Origin: a virus
Virus record (IMG/VR): IMGVR_UViG_3300046008_000478
Location: 15,246-79,245 of that record
Length of the DNA: 64,000 nt
Direction: 5' to 3' (one strand)
A program made the translations under genes and the position numbers. The stretch's first letter is position 1. Each line of letters starts with the position of its first letter. The notes below the pieces were generated by a model that did not search any database, had not been told where the DNA came from, and was given only the letters and a program-made list of their open reading frames with translations. Shown in pieces: positions 8,957 to 18,842 of this stretch.

Positions 8957-11280
8957 GCGAAGATCTGCAGTACGCGCTGGCAGCCAAGGAGGCGTTCGCC
9001 AATGATGGGGAGCAAGTCGTCCTGGGCGCCTTGGGAGCGCGGCTGCTGATGGAGTTCGCCAAGGCGGAGTCTGACCGCCGGTTGACCGAGGAGCGCTGGC
9101 TCAGCGACTTGCGTCAGTACCGCGGCCAATATGACCCCGAAGTGCTCGCCGCTATCGGCTTGAAGCGCTCGCGTGCGTTTGTTCGCAAGACCCGCGTCAA
9201 GGTCAAGACAGTCAACAGCCGGGTGGAGGACTTGTTGTTCCCATCGGGCAGCGAAAAGAACTGGGAAATCGGCAGCAGCCCCGTGCCAAGCGTGTCCAAA
9301 GAGGAGCGCAACGCAGTAGGGCGCAACTTGATGCAGATGGCCGAGCAGGCCGCGCAACAGGCTATTGCCCAGGCGCAAGCCCAGGGTCAGCAGTTGCCAC
9401 CACAACAGCCCGCCAAGATCACCAAAGACATGGTGGACAAGGCTGTGGCTGCGATCTGCAAAGAGTCCGCCAAGAAGATGGCCAAGGTCATCGATGACCA
9501 GCTGACTGAGGTGCGTTACAAGGCGACTTGCAAGCAGGCGATTCACTCCGCCCACCTGTACGGCACTGGGATCATCAAGGGCCCGCTGGTCGAGCGCCGG
9601 GTGCGCTCCAAGTACCAGAACGTGAATGGCAAGTGGGTTGAGAAGAGTGAGACCTACGTGGTCCCGTTCGTGGACTACGTGCCAATCTGGCGCTTCTACC
9701 CTGACATGTCAGCAGACACGCTGGACAAGTGCCGCTACGTTTACGAGCGCCACCAGATGACGCATGCCGATCTGGCTGAGTTGGCTGAGCGCAAGTCGTT
9801 CAACAAGACGCAGATCATTGAGTACCTGAAGTCCAATCCCAATGGTCAGGTGACGATCAAGTACATCGACAACCAGCTCAAGATCATTGGCGATCGCAAT
9901 GCCAACCAGGGCGCAGTGGATGGCCGCTACGAGGTGCTGGAGCGATGGGGTTGGCTGACTGGCAAGGATCTGCACGATGTTGGCGTGAAGGTCGATGAGG
10001 CTCGCCACCATGAGAGTTTCTTTGGTAACGTGTGGATCCTGCCCAATGGCTCCGTGATCAAGGCTGTCTTGCAGCCTATCAATGGCGTGACCTGGCCGTA
10101 CCACATGTACTACTTCGACAAGGATGAGACGAACATCTTTGGCGATGGCTTGGGTACTGTGCTGCGTGACGACCAGACCATGCTGAATGCAGCGACCCGG
10201 CTGATGCTGGACAACGCGGCGATCTCCTCCGGTCCCATGATCGAGGTGGCCACCGGGCTGCTGAGCCGCCTGGATTCCGGCACTGAGATTGAGCCATGGA
10301 AAGTGTTCTACCGCAACGCAACTGCACCCGGAACACCCGCGGTGCGCGCCATCGAGCTGCCCACGCGGCTGGGTGACTTGTCTGGCCTGGCTGACCGCTT
10401 CGAGAACAATGCCGATGAGGTGTCGGCTGTGCCGCGCTACATGTCAGGCGAGAACATGAACAATGGCGCCGCGGCGACCAAGGGCGGCCTGTCCATGCTG
10501 ATGGGTGCTGCCAACATCATGATCAAGGATTTGATCAGCTCCTGGGATGAGGGTGTGACCCGGCCGTTCATTGCGGCGCTGTACCGCTGGAACATGCAGT
10601 TCAACCCGGACAATTCGATCAAGGGTGACTACGACGTGAAGGCGCGTGGATCTGCAAGCCTGGTGGCGCGCGAGGTGCGTGCAGCCCAGCTGGATAACTT
10701 CTCCCAAATGACGGCCAATCCATTGGATGCGCCATTCATCAAGCGTGATGCATTGCTGCGCCAGCGGGCTGAAGCCAATGAGCTGAGCGACGTGGTGAAG
10801 ACCGAAGACGAGGTCATGGCCGAGCAAAATAACCAACTGGCAGCAGCTCAGTCGCAGCTCCAGCAGGCGCAGCAAAAACTGATGCTTGATGAGCTGACGC
10901 AAAAGGTAGCCTTGCTGACCGCCAACGCAGCCAAGGCCATGGCCGAGGTCGAACTGATTCGTGCCAAAGTGGTCGAGACCAAGGTGGCCGGCGTCTACGC
11001 TGCGCTGCAGGCAGGCGGTGTTGCCACTGGCAGCCCACACATTGCTCCAGCCGGTGATGAGATTCTGCGCAGCTCAGGCTGGGTGGATGCAACACCGGAC
11101 CCAACGATTGCCCAGCTGGCTGGTCCACAGGTGCAAGGTCAACAGATGCCGCAGGATGGAAACCCCATGCTGCCTGACCAGGCCAATGTACCAGCCATGG
11201 AGCAACCTCAAACGCCCAACCTGCAGCCGCAGACTGGTGGAGTTGGCTTGCATGCCGGCATTGAGACGCAGGAAGTCTGA
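8953..11280 (+). CDS. Portal protein
   Basis: 775 aa after terL; GTGIIKGP, FYPD and FGDGL motifs; Gln-rich C-terminal barrel. Confidence 0.9.
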   Translation: MSEDLQYALAAKEAFANDGEQVVLGALGARLLMEFAKAESDRRLTEERWLSDLRQYRGQYDPEVLAAIGLKRSRAFVRKTRVKVKTVNSRVEDLLFPSGSEKNWEIGSSPVPSVSKEERNAVGRNLMQMAEQAAQQAIAQAQAQGQQLPPQQPAKITKDMVDKAVAAICKESAKKMAKVIDDQLTEVRYKATCKQAIHSAHLYGTGIIKGPLVERRVRSKYQNVNGKWVEKSETYVVPFVDYVPIWRFYPDMSADTLDKCRYVYERHQMTHADLAELAERKSFNKTQIIEYLKSNPNGQVTIKYIDNQLKIIGDRNANQGAVDGRYEVLERWGWLTGKDLHDVGVKVDEARHHESFFGNVWILPNGSVIKAVLQPINGVTWPYHMYYFDKDETNIFGDGLGTVLRDDQTMLNAATRLMLDNAAISSGPMIEVATGLLSRLDSGTEIEPWKVFYRNATAPGTPAVRAIELPTRLGDLSGLADRFENNADEVSAVPRYMSGENMNNGAAATKGGLSMLMGAANIMIKDLISSWDEGVTRPFIAALYRWNMQFNPDNSIKGDYDVKARGSASLVAREVRAAQLDNFSQMTANPLDAPFIKRDALLRQRAEANELSDVVKTEDEVMAEQNNQLAAAQSQLQQAQQKLMLDELTQKVALLTANAAKAMAEVELIRAKVVETKVAGVYAALQAGGVATGSPHIAPAGDEILRSSGWVDATPDPTIAQLAGPQVQGQQMPQDGNPMLPDQANVPAMEQPQTPNLQPQTGGVGLHAGIETQEV

Positions 11281-11531
11281 TGTCCCACCTTGATATTTCC
11301 CAGCGTGCCCACGCCTCCTTGCTTGATTCCTGCAAGGCGGTTCGAGCCTATGCGGATTCTGAATTGTCCAAGCATGCCATTGACATGCTGGACGCCCTGG
11401 CCGCCGGCTACTGCGTGGACTTGATCCATGTGCAGCCCGAAGGACTAGTGAGATTGCAATCAGCGCTACAGCAGGTGTCTGCGCTGCGCGACGTATTTGC
11501 CAATGATGGCGCCGATATTCCAAAGATTTAA
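11280..11531 (+). CDS. Small portal-adjacent protein
   Basis: TGATG coupling; typical position. Confidence 0.7.
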   Translation: MSHLDISQRAHASLLDSCKAVRAYADSELSKHAIDMLDALAAGYCVDLIHVQPEGLVRLQSALQQVSALRDVFANDGADIPKI

Positions 11532-11540
11532 GGACTCACC

Positions 11541-11774
11541 ATGAGCGACGCAACACTGATTCCATCCAACTACGCCAACGTGACACCTAGCAATACAACA
11601 CCCGTGAGCGCGAGCCTGGGCTTATACATCGGGGTCTCTGGATCGGTTGTGGTGATGGGTGCTAATGGCGTCCAGGCGACCTTCCAGGCGCTTGCTGGGC
11701 AATACCTGAGTGGCAAGTTCTACAAGGTAATGGCGGCCACCACGGCGTCATCCATCGTGGCTCTTTACGCCTGA
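11541..11774 (+). CDS. Head spike base protein (RcGTA rcc01079-like)
   Basis: VTPS...LYIGVSGSVVV...KVMAATTASSIVAL pattern; 77 aa. Confidence 0.7.
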   Translation: MSDATLIPSNYANVTPSNTTPVSASLGLYIGVSGSVVVMGANGVQATFQALAGQYLSGKFYKVMAATTASSIVALYA

Positions 11775-11776
11775 TC

Positions 11777-13441
11777 ATGCGCGGACTCGGACTCTCTGTT
11801 GCTGGGTTGGCATCTCGGTCATTGACCCAGATCCAGCAAGCCATCTCCCTCCTACGCACCTACGGCACCAACGCCAATGCATTCGTACCGGGCGTTGGCT
11901 GGCTGAACGGCCTCCAAGCTGCTAACTACCTAGACAGCGCAGGCACAACGCCCGGCACAGTGGATCAGCCTGTTGGGTTGGTGCTGGATGCGGAGGGGGT
12001 GATGGGGGTGGAGTTGGTTACGAATGGTGACTTTAGTGCGGGGGCTACGGGGTGGACTGCTGGCGGTTCTGATAGCAGTTTTACTGGCGGTGTGGCTACC
12101 TTGCCCACAGGCAACACAAGCAAAGCGCAGACATCGGCGGGAATTACAGTAGCCGGGAAAACATACCGAGTTCGGTACGATGTCTTAACTACGAATGGTG
12201 GGTCACTGGCTCCTTATTTTGGAGGAGTAACACAAAACCCTTACTGGGATGCAACCAGCCCCGCAGGAACGCGAGAGTTCACAGCGTTGTGTACGGCAAC
12301 CGGGCAATTCTCTATGGTGTCGTTTGGTTTCGTAGGCACCATCGACAACGTCAGCGTCCGCGAGATCACCGGCATCCACGCAAGTCAGAGTACGACGCCA
12401 TCGAAACCCGTGCTGCGGCGCGGGGCTGTGAATCTGCTGCCGTATTCACAGGCTAATTCAAACTGGGTTTCTGACGCTGCATCTACTGTTGTTACGGACA
12501 ATAGCGCGGTGGGCGTACAAGGTGCGGCAACAGCATCTACTTTCACAATTACAGGCGCTGGATATAAGTACGGGGCAGCAGCAGCAAACACAAGCCTAGT
12601 TATGACGGGGTGCGCTTGGATTAAAGGCGCATCAGGGACAGTTGCTTTGCGACTCGCCTCAAACGGCTCTGCGGAAACCGCAAGCACAGTGGTGACGCTA
12701 ACTGGGGAATGGCAGTTTGTGGTGGTACAGCTAACATCAACAGGTGCCCCCGGCAGTTACAAACTTGGGATAGACAATCGCGCACTCGCCGGGGCAGACA
12801 CAATTACTAAAGCGGTAATGCTGGACGGCGCAGCCCTATTCCAAGGCACCTACACATCCTCCCAAATCCAAGCCCTCGGAGGCATCCCGCTGACCACCAC
12901 AGCACCAGCAAGCACGGCACTTGGCCCGTATTTCTGGCAGTTCGACGGTGTAGACGATTCGCTGGCAAACCTATCGACTGCTATTTGCCAGCTTTCTGAT
13001 GACCACTGCTTCGGCGTGGCGGGTCAGGCTGATTCATCGGCTACAGGGGTATTTCTCAGTCAGAACGGATCAGCCAACTCTCGATTGCAGCTTTATCAAT
13101 CCGGCACAAACCTCGTTATGGATTGGGCTGATGATGCGGCGGTGACGGTAAACAAGACAATTGCAAATGCTGTTGGCTCTAAATTCGTCGCATCCGTTCG
13201 GTCTATTGGCGGGAATAAGACGCTTTCCTTGGATTCTGTTGTTAGCGGGATAACGTCCACAGCGCAAGGCACCGGAACTTTCACCGACTTTAAGTTGGGT
13301 GCAAACGGTGTTGGCGTGTCGAGTGCAAACTTCCAGAAAGGAAGAACATTTGCAGCCTACGCAATAAAGGGTTCTGTCAGTGATGCTGACCGATTGGTCT
13401 TTGACCGACTCCTAGCGTCCCTGCAAGGTCGCACGATATGA
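11777..13441 (+). CDS. Head spike/fibre with carbohydrate-binding and LamG-like domains
   Basis: MRGLGLS N-terminal anchor; ELVTNGDF and NLLPYS CBM-like starts; FDGVDD LamG-like motif. Confidence 0.7.
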   Translation: MRGLGLSVAGLASRSLTQIQQAISLLRTYGTNANAFVPGVGWLNGLQAANYLDSAGTTPGTVDQPVGLVLDAEGVMGVELVTNGDFSAGATGWTAGGSDSSFTGGVATLPTGNTSKAQTSAGITVAGKTYRVRYDVLTTNGGSLAPYFGGVTQNPYWDATSPAGTREFTALCTATGQFSMVSFGFVGTIDNVSVREITGIHASQSTTPSKPVLRRGAVNLLPYSQANSNWVSDAASTVVTDNSAVGVQGAATASTFTITGAGYKYGAAAANTSLVMTGCAWIKGASGTVALRLASNGSAETASTVVTLTGEWQFVVVQLTSTGAPGSYKLGIDNRALAGADTITKAVMLDGAALFQGTYTSSQIQALGGIPLTTTAPASTALGPYFWQFDGVDDSLANLSTAICQLSDDHCFGVAGQADSSATGVFLSQNGSANSRLQLYQSGTNLVMDWADDAAVTVNKTIANAVGSKFVASVRSIGGNKTLSLDSVVSGITSTAQGTGTFTDFKLGANGVGVSSANFQKGRTFAAYAIKGSVSDADRLVFDRLLASLQGRTI

Positions 13442-13563
13442 CCTACCTAACCCACTTCCTAGCCTACACCGTGGGCCTCCTTTGCGGGGTCTGTGGGGTC
13501 TTGATGGCAATGGCAAACACCGGGCGCTGCGATAACTGCCCACAGCACAAGGATGCCCAATGA
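13438..13563 (+). CDS. 41-aa membrane peptide
   Basis: ATGA overlaps at both ends; hydrophobic N-terminus. Confidence 0.45.
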   Translation: MTYLTHFLAYTVGLLCGVCGVLMAMANTGRCDNCPQHKDAQ

Positions 13564-14198
13564 GCTACGACAACACCCTGACAATCAAGCTGCCTTTCGC
13601 ACTGGCTGACATTGCTTCGCGCATTGGACCGAAAGGCGGGAAGGTACACGTCAAAACCGGACATATTGGAACGAAAGGCCATTCTGGTCCCGTGATTAAT
13701 GGGCCTAGTGACATTACGGCAGAGCTTGCCAGTAAGGTGTTTTCATACAACCAAGATACCGGTGTCATCACCAGAGTAATAGCCATCGGCGGGAAGACGC
13801 CCGGAGAAATAACGCAAGTGGACCGCTCTGGCTACATAAAAACATCTTTCATGGGAGTCCAGTTGCGTGGGCACAGGCTCGCTTGGCTGCTGCACTATGG
13901 AGAGTTCCCTGCGGTTGGAATGGAGATTGACCATATCAATCATGACAAGACAGACAACAGAATCAAAAACCTGAGGTCTGTCACGAAATCCACAAACCAG
14001 CACAACCTATACAAATCAAGACCCCAGAGTAAAACAGGGTTGCTTGGGGTATCGAAAGCTAACCAGAAGTTTCAAGCGGAGATCGTTGCGCCGGGTAGCA
14101 AGAGGAAGTACCTAGGGGTGTTCGATACGCCAGAGCTTGCGCATGAAGCCTATATGCAAGCCAAAACAAAATACTACCCCGGAGTGATGACACCATGA
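13560..14198 (+). CDS. HNH homing endonuclease with AP2 domain, fused to a captured host-gene N-terminus
   Basis: HRLAW..., IDHINHDKTDNRIKNLR, LGVFDTPELAHEAY. Confidence 0.9.
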   Translation: MSYDNTLTIKLPFALADIASRIGPKGGKVHVKTGHIGTKGHSGPVINGPSDITAELASKVFSYNQDTGVITRVIAIGGKTPGEITQVDRSGYIKTSFMGVQLRGHRLAWLLHYGEFPAVGMEIDHINHDKTDNRIKNLRSVTKSTNQHNLYKSRPQSKTGLLGVSKANQKFQAEIVAPGSKRKYLGVFDTPELAHEAYMQAKTKYYPGVMTP

Positions 14199-14551
14199 GC
14201 GGCTACGACCAAAAATTATCAATAACTCTCCCTGCGGAATTAGCAGATATTGCATCCCGTATAGGTAGGGCAATGGATAGTGACGTTGGCGGCGATAAGA
14301 GCTTCACCCGCATCGTGACAGGCTATGCGGACGGCAAGCCCGTGTACGGCGACACGATCAGCATGACCACGCCGTGCACCAGCACATTCAAAGAGCAAGC
14401 CATTGCAATGCTGGCCGACCCTGTGCTGCTGCACTTGGCAGTTGAAGCTGACTACGCGGTGCGTTGGGTTGATCTTGTTGCGCCTACGCTTGCTGAGTGC
14501 CGAGCGTTTTGTGATGGGGTGATTCCTGAGCCCGTACCAATCAAGCTGTAA
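14195..14551 (+). CDS. Fibre-associated hypothetical protein
   Basis: N-terminus duplicates that of the upstream HNH. Confidence 0.75.
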   Translation: MSGYDQKLSITLPAELADIASRIGRAMDSDVGGDKSFTRIVTGYADGKPVYGDTISMTTPCTSTFKEQAIAMLADPVLLHLAVEADYAVRWVDLVAPTLAECRAFCDGVIPEPVPIKL

Positions 14552-14569
14552 CCAGCCACACAACAACAC

Positions 14570-14592
14570 AAGCAGCTTCGGCTGCTTTTTTT
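14570..14592 (+). terminator. Intrinsic terminator
   Basis: AAGCAGC-TTCG-GCTGCTTTTTTT. Confidence 0.85.
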
Positions 14593-14676
14593 ACGTCCAG
14601 ATTCTTAGCCCCTGGGAAACCAGGACAGTTCAGAGCCCAGTTCGCTGGCTCTTCAAAGCCCGTGAAGGAAAACACC

Positions 14677-15660
14677 ATGGCAACGTCCCCCGAAAAAGCA
14701 CAACAAGACCAGCAAGACTTCGCGTCTGCTTACAACGAGGAGCAGTCCGCTGCACCGCAACAGACCGAGGACGAAGCATTCGGCATTGAGCCTGAAGCGC
14801 ATGAGACCCTGGTCGAAGAGGAGGCAGAGCCAATGGACGCGTCTGCCGCAGAAGGCGGAGCTGAAGGCCAGGCCGGCAACGACGACCAGGGATCTGCGCC
14901 AGCATTGGTGGTGATCGAGCCAGGCGCCACCGATAGCAGTGATGTGCAGGAAGAAGATCCCAAAGACATCCAGCGCCAGAAGTCCTGGGAAGGCCGCTTG
15001 AAGGCCAAAGAGGCTGAGCTCAAGGCGCGCGAGGAGGCTTTGAACGCCCCAGCAGAATCCACGCAAGAGCCAATGGAGGCGGGCGAGACCGCATCAGAAG
15101 AGTCCGCCGAGCCAGCCGTCACCGAAAAGATCGAGGAGACCGTGGAGAAGGTTGCATCCGGAGAGATGACGGCCGACGAGGCTATGGCCTCACTGAGCCA
15201 GGACTTTGGCGAGGACTTCACCAAGATGCTAAGCCTGTTGATCGAATCCAAGGCCAGTGAGATCGCCGGCAAGACCGCCGACGAGCGCGTCTCCAAAGTG
15301 GGAGGCCAGCTGGACAGCATCGTTAGTGAGATCGTGGACGACAAGTCACGCATGCATTACGAGTCCATCGCAGAAGCCCACCCTGACTTCGAGGAAGTAG
15401 CCGGTAGCCCCGAGTTCAAAGAGTACATCGACGCTATGGATGAGACGGCCAAAGATGCCGCCATGCAAGTCATCGAGCAGGGCAGCTGGCGCCAGATCGT
15501 GAAGTTGCTCAACAGCTTCAAGGAAGCCGGCAAGCAACCAGAGCAACAAGACGAGTCCGGCATGGACGCGGCTGAAGGCGTGCGCTCCAAGGGCGCCCTA
15601 CAGATCCCTAACAAGCCATCGAACTCCAAGGATTACGAAGAATCCTGGAACGATTTCTGA
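14677..15660 (+). CDS. Capsid scaffolding protein
   Basis: Very acidic; KSWEGRLK and IAEAHPDF motifs; directly upstream of the MCP. Confidence 0.8.
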   Translation: MATSPEKAQQDQQDFASAYNEEQSAAPQQTEDEAFGIEPEAHETLVEEEAEPMDASAAEGGAEGQAGNDDQGSAPALVVIEPGATDSSDVQEEDPKDIQRQKSWEGRLKAKEAELKAREEALNAPAESTQEPMEAGETASEESAEPAVTEKIEETVEKVASGEMTADEAMASLSQDFGEDFTKMLSLLIESKASEIAGKTADERVSKVGGQLDSIVSEIVDDKSRMHYESIAEAHPDFEEVAGSPEFKEYIDAMDETAKDAAMQVIEQGSWRQIVKLLNSFKEAGKQPEQQDESGMDAAEGVRSKGALQIPNKPSNSKDYEESWNDF

Positions 15661-15907
15661 TCTGAAAAGAATCCGCGGCTCACAAGGCCGCAACCCCGTG
15701 TTGGTGGGTTACCTCACCGCCTTGCCTAGTGGGCGTAATCACTAGGCAATTTTCGGAGCACGACATCAGTCGCGCTGACAGCACGCTCGGGACAAGGCAT
15801 CACGCCTCCCCATAAAGAGCGTCGTTGGTCTGCATACGGCAAACGAGTCAAGTCGCTCCTTTTGATGGCCTCCGGGCCTTGTTTTTTTAGTCTCAAAAGG
15901 AAACCAC

Positions 15908-16891
15908 ATGTCCACAGTAAATTATGGCGATATCTCGCCACGTACCGCCGCTTATGCAGAAAAAGAATTGCTCAAGCGCGGCCTGCCCTACCTGGTGCTG
16001 GAGAAGTTCGGTCAAGCCAAGGCTTTGCCAAGCAACTCCACCAAGGTGGAAAAGTTCCGTCGCTACAACGCACTGAGCAACACGCCCGTCTCCCTGACTG
16101 AAGGCGTGACACCCGCATCGCAGACTCTGTCTGTGACCGACATCACTGCGACTCTGCAGCAGTACGGTGGCCTGGTCCAGATCACTGACGTGATTTTGGA
16201 TACCCATGAAGACAACACGCTGAATGAAGCGGTTATCTTGCTGGGCGAGCAAGCTGCCCAGATGATCGAGAAGATGCGCTACGGCGTGGTCAAGGCCGGC
16301 ACCAACGTGCAGTACGCCAATGGCGCATTGCGCACCGCAGTGAACACTGCTTTGACGACTGCTATGCAGCGTAAGGCTGTGCGCGCTTTGAAGCGTCAGA
16401 ACGCTCGCCCCATCACCACCATCGTTCGCTCCACGCCATCGTTTGGAACAGAGAACGTGGCCCCTGGATTCGTTGGTCTGATTCACCCCGACTTGGAAGG
16501 TGATGTCCGCACTATGACTGGCTTCACGCCAGCTGAGAAGTACGGATCGATCTCTCATTGGGAGAACGAAATCGGCAAGGTTGATGACGTGCGCTACGTG
16601 TCCAGCACGATCTTTGAGCCCTTCGTTGATGCAGGCGGTGCCAAAGGCTTGATGTTGTCCACCTCCGGCACCAGTGCTGACGTGTACCCCGTGATCTACC
16701 TGGGCCGCGATGCCTACGGTTTGATCGCGTTGAAGGGTCAGTACGCATTGACACCAATGGTTGTCAACCCCAAGCCAAGCGATTCCGATCCATTGGCGCA
16801 GCGCGGCTCCGTGAGCTGGAAGGCTTACCAGACTGCAGTCATCTTGCAAGATGCTTTCATGGTAAGGGTTGAGGTAGCAGTCACTGCATAA
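15908..16891 (+). CDS. Major capsid protein, N4-gp56 family
   Basis: YGDISPRTAAYA, LTEGVTP, DPLAQRGSVSWK. Confidence 0.95.
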   Translation: MSTVNYGDISPRTAAYAEKELLKRGLPYLVLEKFGQAKALPSNSTKVEKFRRYNALSNTPVSLTEGVTPASQTLSVTDITATLQQYGGLVQITDVILDTHEDNTLNEAVILLGEQAAQMIEKMRYGVVKAGTNVQYANGALRTAVNTALTTAMQRKAVRALKRQNARPITTIVRSTPSFGTENVAPGFVGLIHPDLEGDVRTMTGFTPAEKYGSISHWENEIGKVDDVRYVSSTIFEPFVDAGGAKGLMLSTSGTSADVYPVIYLGRDAYGLIALKGQYALTPMVVNPKPSDSDPLAQRGSVSWKAYQTAVILQDAFMVRVEVAVTA

Positions 16892-16953
16892 CGTGAAAAT
16901 GATTGACCTCTGATGCGTACTCCATGGCACAATGTGCCAAAGGAGTGCGCACC

Positions 16954-17763
16954 ATGCCAATCAAGAAATGCGAGACATGCGGGTCTGAGTTTCAGGCCCG
17001 TCTTTCCAAGATCAGAACCTGCAGCACGAAGTGCAGAAACCAACTGATCTCGTCGGAGCGAGAGCAACGACACAAGGCCACCAAGCAGTGCGTGGTCTGC
17101 GAAAAGGAATTTGAAGTTGGTGCCAGTGACTCGAAGAGGCTGACATGCTCAGATGAATGCGGATACAAACTGCGCGGTTCAAAGACCAGTAGAAGCGTCC
17201 GACTTCAGTGTGCTACGTGCAACAAGAGCTTCTTGACAAAACTCTCCCAGCTATCCCAACCAGGTGGCGGAAAGTATTGTTCTAAGGAATGCATGTACCA
17301 GCGCAACTCTAGCGAGACAAATCGAGAGTGCGTGTGCTGCGGGAAGATGTTTACATCACCGCCAAGCCAAATGCATGTTGTGACGTGCTCCACAGAGTGT
17401 GGGTATGAGTGGTTTTCTGGACCGAGACGTGTTAACTACATAGGCGCCACCAAGCGAATCATTCGTAAGGATGGGACCAATGGGGTGACATTTACCAGAT
17501 GGTACTCAGCCAAGAAGAATACGGAACGCCGCGTTAAGACACAAATGGCCACGCCGCCATGGGCAAATCTTGACGCGATTCGGACTGTGTATGACTTGGC
17601 CGCAAAGATGGAGTCCCTAACAGGTCAGCGCTACCACGTTGATCACATCGTTCCGCTTAACAGTAGGACGGTTTCGGGGCTGCATGTGCACCATAACCTT
17701 CAAGTTCTTCCAGCAGTAGACAACCTGCGAAAAGGCAACCGACACTGGCCTGATATGCCATAG
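16954..17763 (+). CDS. HNH endonuclease with tandem Zn-finger repeats
   Basis: Four CxxC...CSxxC repeats; TPPWA...HVDHIVPL...LHVHHNLQVL; RBS AAGGAG. Confidence 0.9.
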   Translation: MPIKKCETCGSEFQARLSKIRTCSTKCRNQLISSEREQRHKATKQCVVCEKEFEVGASDSKRLTCSDECGYKLRGSKTSRSVRLQCATCNKSFLTKLSQLSQPGGGKYCSKECMYQRNSSETNRECVCCGKMFTSPPSQMHVVTCSTECGYEWFSGPRRVNYIGATKRIIRKDGTNGVTFTRWYSAKKNTERRVKTQMATPPWANLDAIRTVYDLAAKMESLTGQRYHVDHIVPLNSRTVSGLHVHHNLQVLPAVDNLRKGNRHWPDMP

Positions 17764-17790
17764 AAATTTCCACCCCCGTGTGGAAAACCA

Positions 17791-17822
17791 AAAGCCTGCA
17801 TCTCCGCGCTGCAGGCTTTTTT
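17791..17822 (+). terminator. Intrinsic terminator
   Basis: AAAGCCTGCA/TGCAGGCTTTT. Confidence 0.75.
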
Positions 17823-17859
17823 CATTACTGCGCGGGATTCAATCCAAAAGGAAAACATC

Positions 17860-18384
17860 ATGTCCAAACTCTCCGATATCACCAACCAGGCCATCAAGGA
17901 TCTGCTGGGAAATATGTGCTTCAGCAAGATCGCTCTGGCGGCTACCGGCGGTGCAACTGCCACTGTTGCAAGCACCGGCGCAATCCTGTTCTCTAACGGC
18001 GGCCTGGCTTTGACCAAAGCTGCCTTGTCGGCCCAGTCAATCACAGCCACCCACTTCCTAAATGGAAAGCTGGCAGCCACCGCCAGCCAGGCGCTGCCTA
18101 CTGGCAAGACCGCTTACTTTGTCCTGGGCTTGAGTGCCGCGGGTGCAGTGTGCGTCTCCCAGGGTGACTACGCCGGCCAGAACCTGAGCCAATTCAACAT
18201 GGGCACCTCTGCCATGGGTGACGGCTCCGTGCCTGACGTTCCTGCGGGCTACACGCCCATCGGCGCCATCAAGATTGTCAACACCTCGGTGGGCGACTTC
18301 ATTGCTGGCACGACCCTGCTGAACGTGGCTGGCATCACCGCCACCTACACCGACTTGTCTTTGATGCCTGTCGCCCTGGCTTAA
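17860..18384 (+). CDS. Capsid decoration/cement-like protein
   Basis: Follows the MCP; strong RBS; PDVPAGYTPIGAIKI. Confidence 0.7.
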   Translation: MSKLSDITNQAIKDLLGNMCFSKIALAATGGATATVASTGAILFSNGGLALTKAALSAQSITATHFLNGKLAATASQALPTGKTAYFVLGLSAAGAVCVSQGDYAGQNLSQFNMGTSAMGDGSVPDVPAGYTPIGAIKIVNTSVGDFIAGTTLLNVAGITATYTDLSLMPVALA

Positions 18385-18402
18385 CCAGTAGCCAACCCGA
18401 AT

Positions 18403-18435
18403 GAGCCCCTGCGCAGAAATGCCAGGGGCTTTTTT
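18403..18435 (+). terminator. Intrinsic terminator
   Basis: AGCCCCTG/CAGGGGCT followed by a T-run. Confidence 0.75.
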
Positions 18436-18464
18436 CATGTCTGTTTCAAACCCGAGGTAACCAA

Positions 18465-18824
18465 ATGTCCGATCCAAAAACAAAATCCCAGTCCCAGATT
18501 ACAACCCTGGACAACGAGCCAAGCCAGGCGGAGATCCAAGCCAAGGTGGCCAACGTCGCCATGGCAACTCCTGGCGAAGGCATGTCTGGAAAGATGGAGA
18601 TCGTCACGATCCACTCTTCCAGCGAAGACGGCGGCTCTGATGCGGTGTTCTTGTCGCACAACGGCTATGCCTACCAGGTGCCGCGTGACCAGCCATTCAA
18701 GATGCCAACCGAGGTGGTGCAGATCCTGCGCGATGCCAAGGTGACGTCGTACAAGCCGGGCCCTGGCGGCGCAGTGACTGAAAAGCAAATGCCACGTTTC
18801 GCGTTCTCCGCGCAACCTGCGTAA
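18465..18824 (+). CDS. Conserved virion-module protein
   Basis: VFLSHNG..Y.VPR motif; position. Confidence 0.7.
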   Translation: MSDPKTKSQSQITTLDNEPSQAEIQAKVANVAMATPGEGMSGKMEIVTIHSSSEDGGSDAVFLSHNGYAYQVPRDQPFKMPTEVVQILRDAKVTSYKPGPGGAVTEKQMPRFAFSAQPA

Positions 18825-18842
18825 TAGAGTGGGCAGCCCATC

